Below, in pieces: positions 16,869-26,039 of a stretch of DNA of 58,870 nucleotides. Source of the DNA: an uncultured Candidatus Bathyarchaeia archaeon (GTDB taxonomy: Archaea > Thermoproteota > Bathyarchaeia > Bathyarchaeales > Bathycorpusculaceae); NCBI GenBank assembly GCA_964548345.1, contig CAZJQR010000001.1, positions 1 to 58,870 on the forward strand. The letters are read 5' to 3'. Both the position numbers and the translations under genes were made by a program. Position 1 is the stretch's first letter, and each line of letters opens with the position of its first letter. Below the pieces are notes generated by a model. It was given only the letters and a program-made list of their open reading frames with translations, was not told the origin of the DNA and did not search any database.

Positions 16869-18815
16869 ATGATTTCCGAAAACCCCTTTGACGACTTCCG
16901 AAAAGAATGCAAAACCGCATTAGCGCATGCCCTCAAGAAAACTCTGCCTGAAGTTAAAGTTGAAAACTTGGCATTCAATAAACCGCCGAACTCTGATTTT
17001 GGGCAGCTTGCCTCCTCATTGTGCTTTGAGCTGGCGAAAAAAATCCATCAGAAACCCGGTGACTTGGCTGCACAACTCGTCAAAGCCATTGGCAAACAAC
17101 GTTTCTTGCTGCTTGAGAAGGTTGCGGCTGTAGGCGGCTACGTGAATTTTCACGTTAACTTCCCCAAGTTTTCCGCGTTAACCCTCGAATCAATCAGGCA
17201 ACTGGATTCAGATTACGGTTTTGTCAAAACGGAAAAATCCGTGAAAATAATTGTTGAGCACACCAGCGTTAACCCACTTCATCCCATTCATATCGGGCAA
17301 GCCAGAAACCCGATGATTGGCGACGCTTTAGCTCGCATACTCAAGAGCAGAGGGCACACGGTGTCTAGTCATTACTATATTGACGATGTGGGACGCCAAT
17401 CCTCTGTTGTGGCATATGGTTACGCCAAGCTGGGTAAGCCCAAACCTGACGAGAAGGTGGACCATTTTGTGGGTAAGATATACACCACAACGAGTTGTTT
17501 GGTGGAGCTTAACCGTTTGACAAGAGAGCTTGAGCGTGCCAAGGCGGTTTCGTCTTCTGAGGAAGTAGCGAAGCTTACTAAGCAGGTTGACGAGTGGATG
17601 TCGATTGCTGCTGAGCTTGAAGGGAAGTTTCCTGTGCTTTTCGAGAAGCTTCTGGCAAAGATAGGGGAGGAAGAGAATCCTGAGGAGGAGATTAACAGGC
17701 TTAACCGTGCTTATGAGGATGGAGACGCTGAAGCTAAGCTGCTAATCAGAGAGGTGAGTGAGCTTTGTCTTAACGGTTTCAGGGAAACGCAGGAGCGTGT
17801 GGAGATTTGCTATGATTCGTGGGATTGGGAAAGTGATTTCGTGTGGAGCAGTCAGGTTTCAGAGGTTCTTCAAAAACTGAAAACTTCGCCGTTCGTTTAC
17901 AGCGAAGGTGGGGTGTTGGAGTTTGACGCTGAAAAGGTAGTGCGTGTTTTGGGGCTTAAGGCCAAGTTGGGTTTGAGGGAGGATTATGAGGTTCCGCCGT
18001 TGACGCTTGTGCGTGCGGATGGCACGACACTTTACACCACGCGTGATGTTGCTTACACTCTTTGGAAGTTTAGCCGAGCGGAAAGGGTGATAAACGTTAT
18101 TGGTATGGAGCAGTCGTTGGCGCAGTTGCAGCTGAAGATAGCATTGTACGCTTTGGGCTACGGGAGTTACGCTGACAATTTTGTTCACTTCGCTTACAAT
18201 CTGGTGACGCTTCCTGGGCATAAAATGTCCAGTCGGCGAGGAAGGTATATCACTTTCGACGAGGTTTTGAACGAAGCGGTTGAACGGGCTTACGAAGAGG
18301 TTTCGAAGCGTTCTCCCAAGTTGTCAGAAGAGGAAAAACGTGGCATTGCCGACTTTGTGGGGTTGGGTGCCGTGCGTTACGCTCTTGTTGATGTTGATAC
18401 TTCTAAACCGGTTATTTTCACGTGGGATAGAGTGCTGAATTTTGAAACCAACAGTGCTCCTTACGTGCAGTACACTCATGCTAGGGCTTGCAGTATCTTG
18501 CGCAAGGCGGCAAGGGAGCCTGAAAACGCGGATTTCGCGCTCTTGAAGGATAAATTGGAACGGGAGTTGGTTCTGTTTTTAGCGAGTTTTCCAGATGCCT
18601 TTGTCGAAGCCACAGAGTATCTTAAACCCAACATGATATCGGGCTTCACAAACGCGCTTGCTGACAGGTTTAACACGTTTTACAACGCGTTGCCCGTTAT
18701 CAAAGCCGAATCGAAGGAGCTTAGTGATGCTCGAATAGCGTTAACCGATGCAATTCGCATCGTGCTGCGTAATGCTCTAACGTTGATTGGTGTTGTGGCA
18801 CCTGAAAAAATGTAA
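16869..18815 (+). CDS. argS: Arginine--tRNA ligase
   Basis: 648 aa with a class I HIGH-type motif (NPLHPIHIGQARN), a KMSKS-type motif (HKMSSRRG) and a DALR-like C-terminal anticodon-binding region. Confidence 0.95.
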   Translation: MISENPFDDFRKECKTALAHALKKTLPEVKVENLAFNKPPNSDFGQLASSLCFELAKKIHQKPGDLAAQLVKAIGKQRFLLLEKVAAVGGYVNFHVNFPKFSALTLESIRQLDSDYGFVKTEKSVKIIVEHTSVNPLHPIHIGQARNPMIGDALARILKSRGHTVSSHYYIDDVGRQSSVVAYGYAKLGKPKPDEKVDHFVGKIYTTTSCLVELNRLTRELERAKAVSSSEEVAKLTKQVDEWMSIAAELEGKFPVLFEKLLAKIGEEENPEEEINRLNRAYEDGDAEAKLLIREVSELCLNGFRETQERVEICYDSWDWESDFVWSSQVSEVLQKLKTSPFVYSEGGVLEFDAEKVVRVLGLKAKLGLREDYEVPPLTLVRADGTTLYTTRDVAYTLWKFSRAERVINVIGMEQSLAQLQLKIALYALGYGSYADNFVHFAYNLVTLPGHKMSSRRGRYITFDEVLNEAVERAYEEVSKRSPKLSEEEKRGIADFVGLGAVRYALVDVDTSKPVIFTWDRVLNFETNSAPYVQYTHARACSILRKAAREPENADFALLKDKLERELVLFLASFPDAFVEATEYLKPNMISGFTNALADRFNTFYNALPVIKAESKELSDARIALTDAIRIVLRNALTLIGVVAPEKM

Positions 18816-18830
18816 CTGCTGTTACTGCGG

Positions 18831-18957
18831 TGCGATTTTTTGCTATAGCCCCCTTATTTAAAGTGTAAATAGGCTGAAACGCGGCGTCGAATAGACCCCC
18901 TCTATAGTTTTCTGCGATTGGCTATTAGACTCTAAATATAAGGAGACAGTTTAGGCG
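18831..18957 (-). repeat. Dispersed intergenic repeat, copy B (shortened, reverse orientation)
   Basis: tgcgattttttgctatagcccccttatttaaagtgtaaatagg ... atagaccccctctatagttttctgc ... ctaaatataaggagacagtttagg. The reverse complement matches box 2 and the terminal A-run of copy A, and the distal part of copy D. Confidence 0.7.
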
Positions 18958-18984
18958 TTGGGGCTTCGAATCGTCACTGATGTC

Positions 18985-20079
18985 TTATGAAGAAAAGAGT
19001 TCTTTCTGAATTATTTCCACGATTTTTTCTGCTGCGTTTCCGTCTCCAAAAGGAGACTTGTCAGGAAGTGGTTTACGCTTTGATAAGGCGGTTTCGATAG
19101 CCGCTAAAATGTCGTGTTTTTCTGTTCCGACGACTTGGGCGAATCCTGCTTCAACTGCTTCAGGTCTTTCAGTTGAGAGGCGAATCACTAGCACCATTTT
19201 CCTGATGCTCGGGGCTGTAGCCTCTTCTTGGATTCCGCCGGAATCTGTTATGATCAATTCGCTTTTTCTCATTAGCACCAGAAAGTCCAAATAGCCGACA
19301 GGCGGCAGAAGCTGAACGTTTCCGATTTTGCTGATTTGGGCGTACATCCTGTTCTGGCGCAATCTCTTTTTAGTGCGTGGATGAACTGGATAAACAACAG
19401 GCACAGGTGATTCCGCAAAAGCTTCTATGAAAGTGCTTAGAACTGCTTCGTCATCCACGTTTTCTGCCCTATGGGCTGTTGCTAAAGCAAACTTTTCAAA
19501 ACGAATTTTATCAAGTATCTCGGACTTTTTTTCTGCTATGGGCAAGTGCTGAATCACAGCGTCTATAACGGTGTTTCCAGTTACGTAGATTTTGCCCCAC
19601 ACGTTTTCCCTTTTCAGATTAGCCTTGGCTGTTTCGGTGGGGGCAAACAGGAACGTCGATAAATGGTCTGTTAGCCGTCTGTTGTGTTCTTCTGGCATGC
19701 GCAGGTCAAAACTTCTTAAACCAGCCTCCACGTGGCCGATGGGTATTTTTAGTTTGTTCGCCGCCACTGCTGCTGCGAATACGCTGTTTGTATCACCTTC
19801 AACTAAGACCACGGCAGGCGCGGTTTCCCTGAGCAGCTTATCCATGTACGCGATTATCTGCGCCGTCTGTGCGCCCGGTGAATCGACTTTGACTCTGTAG
19901 GCGTAGTCTGGCGCTGGCAGCTCAAGGTCTTCAATGAACTGCTGCGACATGTTGTAGTCGTAGTGTTGACCGCAGTGGACAAAGGTTGTTGGAATCTTGT
20001 TTTTCTGCAGTGCTCTAACAATCGGCGCCATCTTTACTATTTCTGGTCTTGTGCCAACAACAACCATTACTGTCTTCAT
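18985..20079 (-). CDS. wecB: UDP-N-acetylglucosamine 2-epimerase (non-hydrolysing)
   Basis: 364 aa. MKTVMVVVGTRPEIVKMAPI, HVEAGLRS and TDSGGIQEEA are typical WecB/MnaA motifs. Confidence 0.9.
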   Translation of the reverse strand: MKTVMVVVGTRPEIVKMAPIVRALQKNKIPTTFVHCGQHYDYNMSQQFIEDLELPAPDYAYRVKVDSPGAQTAQIIAYMDKLLRETAPAVVLVEGDTNSVFAAAVAANKLKIPIGHVEAGLRSFDLRMPEEHNRRLTDHLSTFLFAPTETAKANLKRENVWGKIYVTGNTVIDAVIQHLPIAEKKSEILDKIRFEKFALATAHRAENVDDEAVLSTFIEAFAESPVPVVYPVHPRTKKRLRQNRMYAQISKIGNVQLLPPVGYLDFLVLMRKSELIITDSGGIQEEATAPSIRKMVLVIRLSTERPEAVEAGFAQVVGTEKHDILAAIETALSKRKPLPDKSPFGDGNAAEKIVEIIQKELFSS

Positions 20080-20094
20080 GTTTCTTCTCTGTTC

Positions 20095-22131
20095 TCATGT
20101 TTTCTTCAAGTAACCTTCTCGGTGCTCATAGATGGTGCCTTCACGCAACAGCTGCCAGATCATTCGTTCAGTTTCAGCTCTTGGAATCTTGTGCTTCAAC
20201 TCTAACTCGCTTACGAGCACTGTCTTTTCAACCATACCTGTTTCTCTTTCCATTTCCATTAGAACTGAAAGAACTACCTGCATCTTGTCTCTGACGCTCT
20301 TGGGTCTTCCAGTCATTATTAAGTCAATGTCCATTTTGTATGAAGACAAGTCGATTCCAACCTCTCCCAAAGACCGCTTCATAATCGCTATCGCCGCTTC
20401 CGCATCCTCACCTGTAACTTCTTTTCTTAGCGCTACTCGGGCTCTTGCTTCAGCTATACGAACGAGAGACTCAAGTTGGCGCGCCGTTATTGCCACAGGC
20501 GAACCTTCCGTTTCGCTTGCCGAACGCATCGCCAAATAAAACTCGCTCAGATGCTTCAGCGCCCCCTTGCTCAGCACCGGCTTAATTGTTTTAGCGTAGC
20601 TCACGTATTTCCGAATCAGGTCTCCCTCTATTTGTGCTTCTACGGGGCTTGCTCCTCGCCTGTGAATTTCAAGGATATGCTCTGACATTTTCGCATCCGC
20701 CTCTTTGTCCGGCACATCTCTCAACACGAAAATCAAGTCGAAACGCGACAAGATTGTTACTGGAAGAGATATGTTCTCAGCCACGGTTCGATGCGGTTCA
20801 TATCTGCCTAAGGCCGGGTTGGCAGCCGCCAGCATAGCTGTTCGCGCGTTTAACGTGGCGACGATGCCACCTTTTGCCACTGAAACGGTGTGCTGTTCCA
20901 TGGCTTCATGTATCGCAACCCGGTCTTCAGGACGCATTTTGTCCATTTCGTCAATACACGCTATTCCCTTGTCGGCTAGCACCAGCGCGCCCGCTTCAAG
21001 GCTCATGCCGCCTCCTTTCTCCCGTATTACGGCTGCCGTTAACCCAGCCGCGGTGGTGCCACGCCCCGACGTGTACAAACCGCGTGGCGCTATTTTCGAC
21101 ACGTACTGCAGGAGCTGCGATTTTGCCGTGCCGGGGTCGCCGATTAAGAGAGCGTTCATTTCCCCTCTTATGGTGATATCGGGCAGGCTTTTTGATACGC
21201 CGCCAAAAAGAAGGTACATGATAGCTTCCTTTATGTGCTCGTAGCCGTAGATTGACGGCGCTATCGAGTTCATTATCTTCTTATGAACCTCAGGGTCTTT
21301 TGCAAGTGCAAGGATTTTCTCTTCCTCTTCTGGCGATGGGGGTCTTGCCTCTGGCTCTTTGCCTAATACTTCTATTGAATTGGCGTCTAAATGCAAAATG
21401 AAAATGCGCAGTTTCCCAATTCCAGGCCGCGACGGCGCGAACGCTTGAACTATTCCAACTATTGAAACGTGATCGCCAGGTCTGGCAAGATCAACTATTT
21501 CGCTTCCAACAAGCTTCACGTTTAACGTGCGTGGAAGCTGACCGGGCGGTAGGTCTTCGGGTCTTTCTTGAAGTCGCAGGTCTTGTGAATCTATGAACGT
21601 GGACTCGTCTTGAACGAATTCGAATGGACCGTCTCTTCCGCAATCTGGACTGGCACATACGGGAGGTGCCTTCAAGAACTGCCCTGTTTGCTCCACATTG
21701 TTTATTGTTCCGCATCGTTTGCATCTGAAGGCAGCGTTCATTACCATGGGACGGACGGGAGTTGCTCGGACAACTATGCCTTCGACCATAACCAGTTTGC
21801 CCATTTGCTTGGAGCCGAGTTTGCGCAGCTGCTCCTTACCCAACAGCCTTACAAACCTAACAGTTACTTTCTCAATTTTCCCAGCGTATTCCGCATCTTC
21901 GATCCCGAGCTGGGCGTAAGCCGCGTTGCCCGCATACTGCAAAAAATCGTCTGGTTTTTCCATAAGCCTCTCTGCGAGTCTCTGGTCAAACCCGAAGAGT
22001 TCCTCAAAATCAACTGTTATTGATTCTGTTCCAGTTATGGCCATCTGCGAGATTTTCTGACGGTACTTTTCTCTTTTGAAGAACTCAAGGAACCGTTCTT
22101 GAGGGTCTACCGTTGCTAACTCTCGCGCCAT
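20095..22131 (-). CDS. mcm: MCM replicative helicase
   Basis: 678 aa with a Zn finger (CKRCG...CASPDCG), Walker A (GDPGTAKSQ), Walker B (CIDEMDKM), the arginine finger (SRFDLIF) and a C-terminal winged helix. The length shows no intein. Confidence 0.95.
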   Translation of the reverse strand: MARELATVDPQERFLEFFKREKYRQKISQMAITGTESITVDFEELFGFDQRLAERLMEKPDDFLQYAGNAAYAQLGIEDAEYAGKIEKVTVRFVRLLGKEQLRKLGSKQMGKLVMVEGIVVRATPVRPMVMNAAFRCKRCGTINNVEQTGQFLKAPPVCASPDCGRDGPFEFVQDESTFIDSQDLRLQERPEDLPPGQLPRTLNVKLVGSEIVDLARPGDHVSIVGIVQAFAPSRPGIGKLRIFILHLDANSIEVLGKEPEARPPSPEEEEKILALAKDPEVHKKIMNSIAPSIYGYEHIKEAIMYLLFGGVSKSLPDITIRGEMNALLIGDPGTAKSQLLQYVSKIAPRGLYTSGRGTTAAGLTAAVIREKGGGMSLEAGALVLADKGIACIDEMDKMRPEDRVAIHEAMEQHTVSVAKGGIVATLNARTAMLAAANPALGRYEPHRTVAENISLPVTILSRFDLIFVLRDVPDKEADAKMSEHILEIHRRGASPVEAQIEGDLIRKYVSYAKTIKPVLSKGALKHLSEFYLAMRSASETEGSPVAITARQLESLVRIAEARARVALRKEVTGEDAEAAIAIMKRSLGEVGIDLSSYKMDIDLIMTGRPKSVRDKMQVVLSVLMEMERETGMVEKTVLVSELELKHKIPRAETERMIWQLLREGTIYEHREGYLKKT

Positions 22132-22136
22132 TCTTC

Positions 22137-22691
22137 TTATCGTTCTCCTTCAAAGTCCAGTATCTGTGCTTTCCACTCAGTGATTATCTTACCAAGCTGC
22201 TCGTAAATGAAACGCTCCTCACACGTAAATTTTTTCTGTAACTGCCCAGTTTGAGCTGGTCCTGAAGACAAAGCAATAATCTTTTTTAATCTGGAATTCA
22301 CGATGTCCCACGCTAAGTGCTTAGCCTTCTCGTAATCCTGCGCTTTCTCCGGATGCTTTACTATTTCTGCTTTAATGCTTGCGAGGTATCGGCGGAGCTT
22401 CGGGTAGAAGTCTTCAGTGAGCTCGGATATTTGACCCGCTATCTGAACCCGTTCTTTCCATTGAATCTTGTAGAGTTTGGTCGCGTCTAAATCGTCGTCT
22501 TCACGTAAATGTGCAATTCCCGACGCTGCAAGCTCCTGCGCAATCCAGTAGTAAACTTCATATTCGTTTCCTTCTTCGAAAGGACCTACGGATAACCCCG
22601 CAAGATTGATCTCAGGATGATTTCTATCAGCCATAATTCTTACAAGTGAATTTGCAAAGCAAAAATCCATTTTCTCAATTTGCACAGCCAT
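22137..22691 (-). CDS. GINS subunit, Gins23-type (B-domain first)
   Basis: 184 aa, 5 nt upstream of mcm on the same strand. The domain order is small beta domain then helical domain. The gins23-mcm synteny is known from Sulfolobus. Confidence 0.7.
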   Translation of the reverse strand: MAVQIEKMDFCFANSLVRIMADRNHPEINLAGLSVGPFEEGNEYEVYYWIAQELAASGIAHLREDDDLDATKLYKIQWKERVQIAGQISELTEDFYPKLRRYLASIKAEIVKHPEKAQDYEKAKHLAWDIVNSRLKKIIALSSGPAQTGQLQKKFTCEERFIYEQLGKIITEWKAQILDFEGER

Positions 22692-22698
22692 GTCCCTT

Positions 22699-22768
22699 GT
22701 TTCTCCCCTCTATCCTTTTCGATATTACAGTATAGTGAAACAGGATATAAGGAGCACAGTTTAAAGGT
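22699..22768 (-). repeat. Possible partial copy (E) of the dispersed repeat
   Basis: gtttctcccctctatccttttcgatattacagtatagtgaaacaggatataaggagcacagtttaaagg resembles copy B's atagaccccctctatagttttctgcgattggctattagactctaaatataaggagacagtttaggcg. It overlaps the gins23 ribosome-binding region, so part of the match may be coincidental. Confidence 0.4.
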
Positions 22769-22806
22769 TTAGAGCCAACAATTTGCGAGTTTTGATAGCT
22801 CGAAGC

Positions 22807-24054
22807 TTATGGCCACAGACCTAGGGTTCCTATTGCGTGGGCAACTCTTCCCACTCCAAGCATTAAAGCTGCAGTTCTCATATCGCTTTCCTCTTTTTTC
22901 GACAACTTGTACACATCATAGAAGGATTTGGTTATCTTGTTTTCCAGCTTCTGGTTAACTTCTTTCAGTGTCCAGTGTTCCCTTGTCAGGTTTTGAACCC
23001 ACTCGAAGTAGCTCACCGTTACGCCTCCAGAGTTAGCGAGAATGTCTGGAATCAGACACGTTCCCTTTTCGTAGAGCGCCTTGTCTGCTTCTGGGGTTGT
23101 GGGTCCGTTTGCGCCTTCCGCCACTATCTTCGCTTTGATCTTGTCCGCGTTGTCCTTAGTTATCTGGTTCTGTAAGGCCGCTGGAACTAGTATGTCACAT
23201 TTCGTTTGCAGCAGTTCCTCGTTGGTTATGTTGGTGCAGTTTTTGTAGTTTATCACCGAACCCGTTTTTTCCTTGTGGGCGTACACATCAGCGGGCACTA
23301 ATCCATCCGGGCAATAGATACCACCTGACGAATCGCTTACCGCGACGACCTTGCAGCCCAAGTTGTGCATTATGCTGGCGGCGTTGTATCCGACTTTGCC
23401 ATAACCTTGCACGGCTACCGTGGCGTTTTTCATGTTTAACTTCAAAAGCTTGGCTGCTTCTTTCGTAACTAACGCTACACCTAGCGATGTTGCGCAGGTT
23501 CTGCCTTCGGAACCGCCTATTTCAATGGGTTTTCCTGTGACGCTTTCGGGAACGCTGTAGCCTCTAAGCTGGCTGTACGTGTCCATAATCCATGCCATTG
23601 TCTGCTCGTTCGTATAGACGTCTGGCGCTGGAATATCCCGGTGCGGTCCGAGGTAATTAAAAATCAGGCTTACGTATCTTCTGGTGAGTCGTTCCAGCTC
23701 GTTCTGCGACATCTCTTTGGGGTTACAACATATTCCACCTTTCGCTCCGCCGTAGGGCAGATCGGCGATGGCGCATTTCCACGTCATCAGCATCGAAAGC
23801 GCGGTCACATCATCTAACGTGACGCTTGGGTGGTATCTTATGCCGCCTTTGAAGGGTCCTTTCACGTCCCAGTGCTGCACGCGGACGCCGTGGAAGACGC
23901 CTATGGTGCAGTCGTCCAGCTTTATGGTGACTGAAACTCTGATGGAACGTTTGGGGTTTTTCAGAATTTCATGTATTCCTGGATCTAAATCCAGTTTTTC
24001 AGCGGCTATCTTAAGTTGTTCCTGCGCCACTGTGAGGGCTGTGTGGTGAGCCAT
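22807..24054 (-). CDS. gdhA: Glutamate dehydrogenase
   Basis: 415 aa with the catalytic Lys region PYGGAKGGI and the dinucleotide fold VQGYGKVG. Confidence 0.95.
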   Translation of the reverse strand: MAHHTALTVAQEQLKIAAEKLDLDPGIHEILKNPKRSIRVSVTIKLDDCTIGVFHGVRVQHWDVKGPFKGGIRYHPSVTLDDVTALSMLMTWKCAIADLPYGGAKGGICCNPKEMSQNELERLTRRYVSLIFNYLGPHRDIPAPDVYTNEQTMAWIMDTYSQLRGYSVPESVTGKPIEIGGSEGRTCATSLGVALVTKEAAKLLKLNMKNATVAVQGYGKVGYNAASIMHNLGCKVVAVSDSSGGIYCPDGLVPADVYAHKEKTGSVINYKNCTNITNEELLQTKCDILVPAALQNQITKDNADKIKAKIVAEGANGPTTPEADKALYEKGTCLIPDILANSGGVTVSYFEWVQNLTREHWTLKEVNQKLENKITKSFYDVYKLSKKEESDMRTAALMLGVGRVAHAIGTLGLWP

Positions 24055-24178
24055 AAAACATCACTATAAGTTAGGTGTCTAACTTAAGCTATTAAGAATT
24101 GCTTTTTTGGCTTTGGGCACCTAGAAAAGGAATAACGGAGTCGGGGAAACAAAATGGAGGGATGGAAGGTTGGGTGTT

Positions 24179-25768
24179 TTATTCCTCCAAGATTTTGTTT
24201 GCTTCTTCGCTATATGCGTCCATCACGTAGGGTATGCCTGAGATTCTTGATGCTTCCTCGGTTAACGTCATGAGGTCCTTGCGGGATATGGTTGAGAGCC
24301 TAAAGTTTCTGCTTCCAGCCATCAGCTGCTGCAGTCCAACCTTGAACCTTTGACAGTAAGTGTAGATGCCCACCGCACCCAAAGGTATGTCCTTCATCCT
24401 TGAACCGAATTTCTCTTCAAGTTCCGAGTAGGCAACAAAGATTTCGCTAGCGCTATTGCCGTACTTGGAAACCGAGGTGGGCAACTTGCCTTCAGCTAAC
24501 CAGTTACCGATGTTCTTTCCAACCATACCAGGTATCATCAAGCCTCTTCCCATGCAAACCGCCTTAACGTAGGGGGTGCCCATGGCAAGCGCCTTGAACA
24601 CGCCATCCTCTGACGAGAAGCCCCCAGCCATGGCAAGGTCAGGAACTCTTATGCCCTTTTTCGAGAGTTTTTCGCAGTACTTGTACGTGAGCGCCTGCAG
24701 ATAGAACGTTGGAATTCCCCATTCGTTCATCATCGGCCACGGACTCATTCCTGTGCCGCCGGGAGCACCATCGATTGTAAGCAGGTCCAGTTTCGCTTCA
24801 GCACCGTAACGCAGCGCCATAGCCAGTTCCAACGCGGAGTAAGCACCAGTCTTAAGTGTAATCCGCTTGAACCCTAACCCTCGGAGGCGGTCAACTTCCT
24901 CCAAGAAGCCTTCTTTGGTTACGAAACCTAGGCGCGAGTGCCTCTCAAACTCTTTCAGAGCTCCTTTCTTGAAGGCTGCCTGGTTTTCTTGGAGCGTAGG
25001 GTCGGGTGAGACAACGTAGCCTCTCTTTTTGAGCTCGGCTGCTCTTTCCAAGGTTTTCAGTTTAATCTCTCCGCCGATGCATTTGGCGCCCTGACCCCAT
25101 TTCAATTCGATTATCTCAAGGTTATGTTTTGATGAAACGTACTCTGCCACTCCAAATCGTGTGTCTTCCACGTTCATCTGGACCAGAAGTTCCCCGTAGC
25201 CTTCATAGAACTTCCTGTAAACCTCTATGCGCCTGTCCATCTCGGGTGACTTTGTGATCTTGCCGTTGCCGTCCAACTCAAGCGCCGGGTCGATTCCGCA
25301 AACGTTTTCTCCGCAGACAAGCGTGATGCCTGCGATGGCGGCGCCTATGGCGAAGTGCTCCCAGTTCTTCCGCGCTATCTCCGTGGAGCCTAATGCACCA
25401 GTGAATATGGGGACTCGTAGCTTAACTTTTTTGTCCCATCCGTACTCTGTTTCAGTGTCCACTTTTGGGAAAAGGGCGGTGTCTGGACCCCCTTCTACTC
25501 CTTCGGGAAGACCTTTTGCGCCTCGGGCGTAGCCTTGAATGTTCAGGTGGGAGTAGTCCACGGGGTAGTTTTTGTCTGCGCCCGCGGTCATTTCCCCGAA
25601 GGGTCCAGGGTAAAGTACTTCACGGCCTCTAAATGACGATAACCAAATTTCGCAACCGCCTCTACATCCATCGATGCATCTTGAGCAGATGCCGGACATG
25701 GGAGCGACATCTCTTGATCGATTGAATGTGCCGGTTGACTCATCCGAGTTGGGTCTTCTCAAATTCAT
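24179..25768 (-). CDS. FMN-binding glutamate-synthase-family protein (GltB domain-2-like)
   Basis: 529 aa with an N-terminal Cys cluster (CSRCIDGCRGGCE), and a TIM-barrel FMN domain with GAPGGTG and MAGGF motifs. It is adjacent to gdhA. Confidence 0.8.
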   Translation of the reverse strand: MNLRRPNSDESTGTFNRSRDVAPMSGICSRCIDGCRGGCEIWLSSFRGREVLYPGPFGEMTAGADKNYPVDYSHLNIQGYARGAKGLPEGVEGGPDTALFPKVDTETEYGWDKKVKLRVPIFTGALGSTEIARKNWEHFAIGAAIAGITLVCGENVCGIDPALELDGNGKITKSPEMDRRIEVYRKFYEGYGELLVQMNVEDTRFGVAEYVSSKHNLEIIELKWGQGAKCIGGEIKLKTLERAAELKKRGYVVSPDPTLQENQAAFKKGALKEFERHSRLGFVTKEGFLEEVDRLRGLGFKRITLKTGAYSALELAMALRYGAEAKLDLLTIDGAPGGTGMSPWPMMNEWGIPTFYLQALTYKYCEKLSKKGIRVPDLAMAGGFSSEDGVFKALAMGTPYVKAVCMGRGLMIPGMVGKNIGNWLAEGKLPTSVSKYGNSASEIFVAYSELEEKFGSRMKDIPLGAVGIYTYCQRFKVGLQQLMAGSRNFRLSTISRKDLMTLTEEASRISGIPYVMDAYSEEANKILEE

Positions 25769-26039
25769 TTTAACACCTTTTCAAATTTTTAACTAAGTGT
25801 ATATGCTTCATATATATCATTATTTACCATCATATATATGCGAAAAATGGTATTCATATGAAATAAATGAACATTCAAGAAAAACAGCGTTTTGATAAAT
25901 GATTTTATTTATACCTTTTATATAAGTTTGAATGTTTATAGGCTATGCGAAGCGCGTTCCGCCAGAAGCAAAATGGTAATTAACGTCAGCATTTATTAGC
26001 CCTTGATCATAATGTTACACGAAATGGAGGATTTGCCCT

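Noticed and set aside
18950-18985. tRNA-like T-arm (ggggcttcgaatcg) downstream of copy B
   Set aside because: No complementary stem follows the ttcgaat loop and no acceptor, D or anticodon arms can be drawn. I found no tRNA gene anywhere in the window.
20095-22131. Inteins in mcm, rfc, pps or primase genes
   Set aside because: All have normal lengths and uninterrupted motif spacing, so there are no intein-sized insertions.
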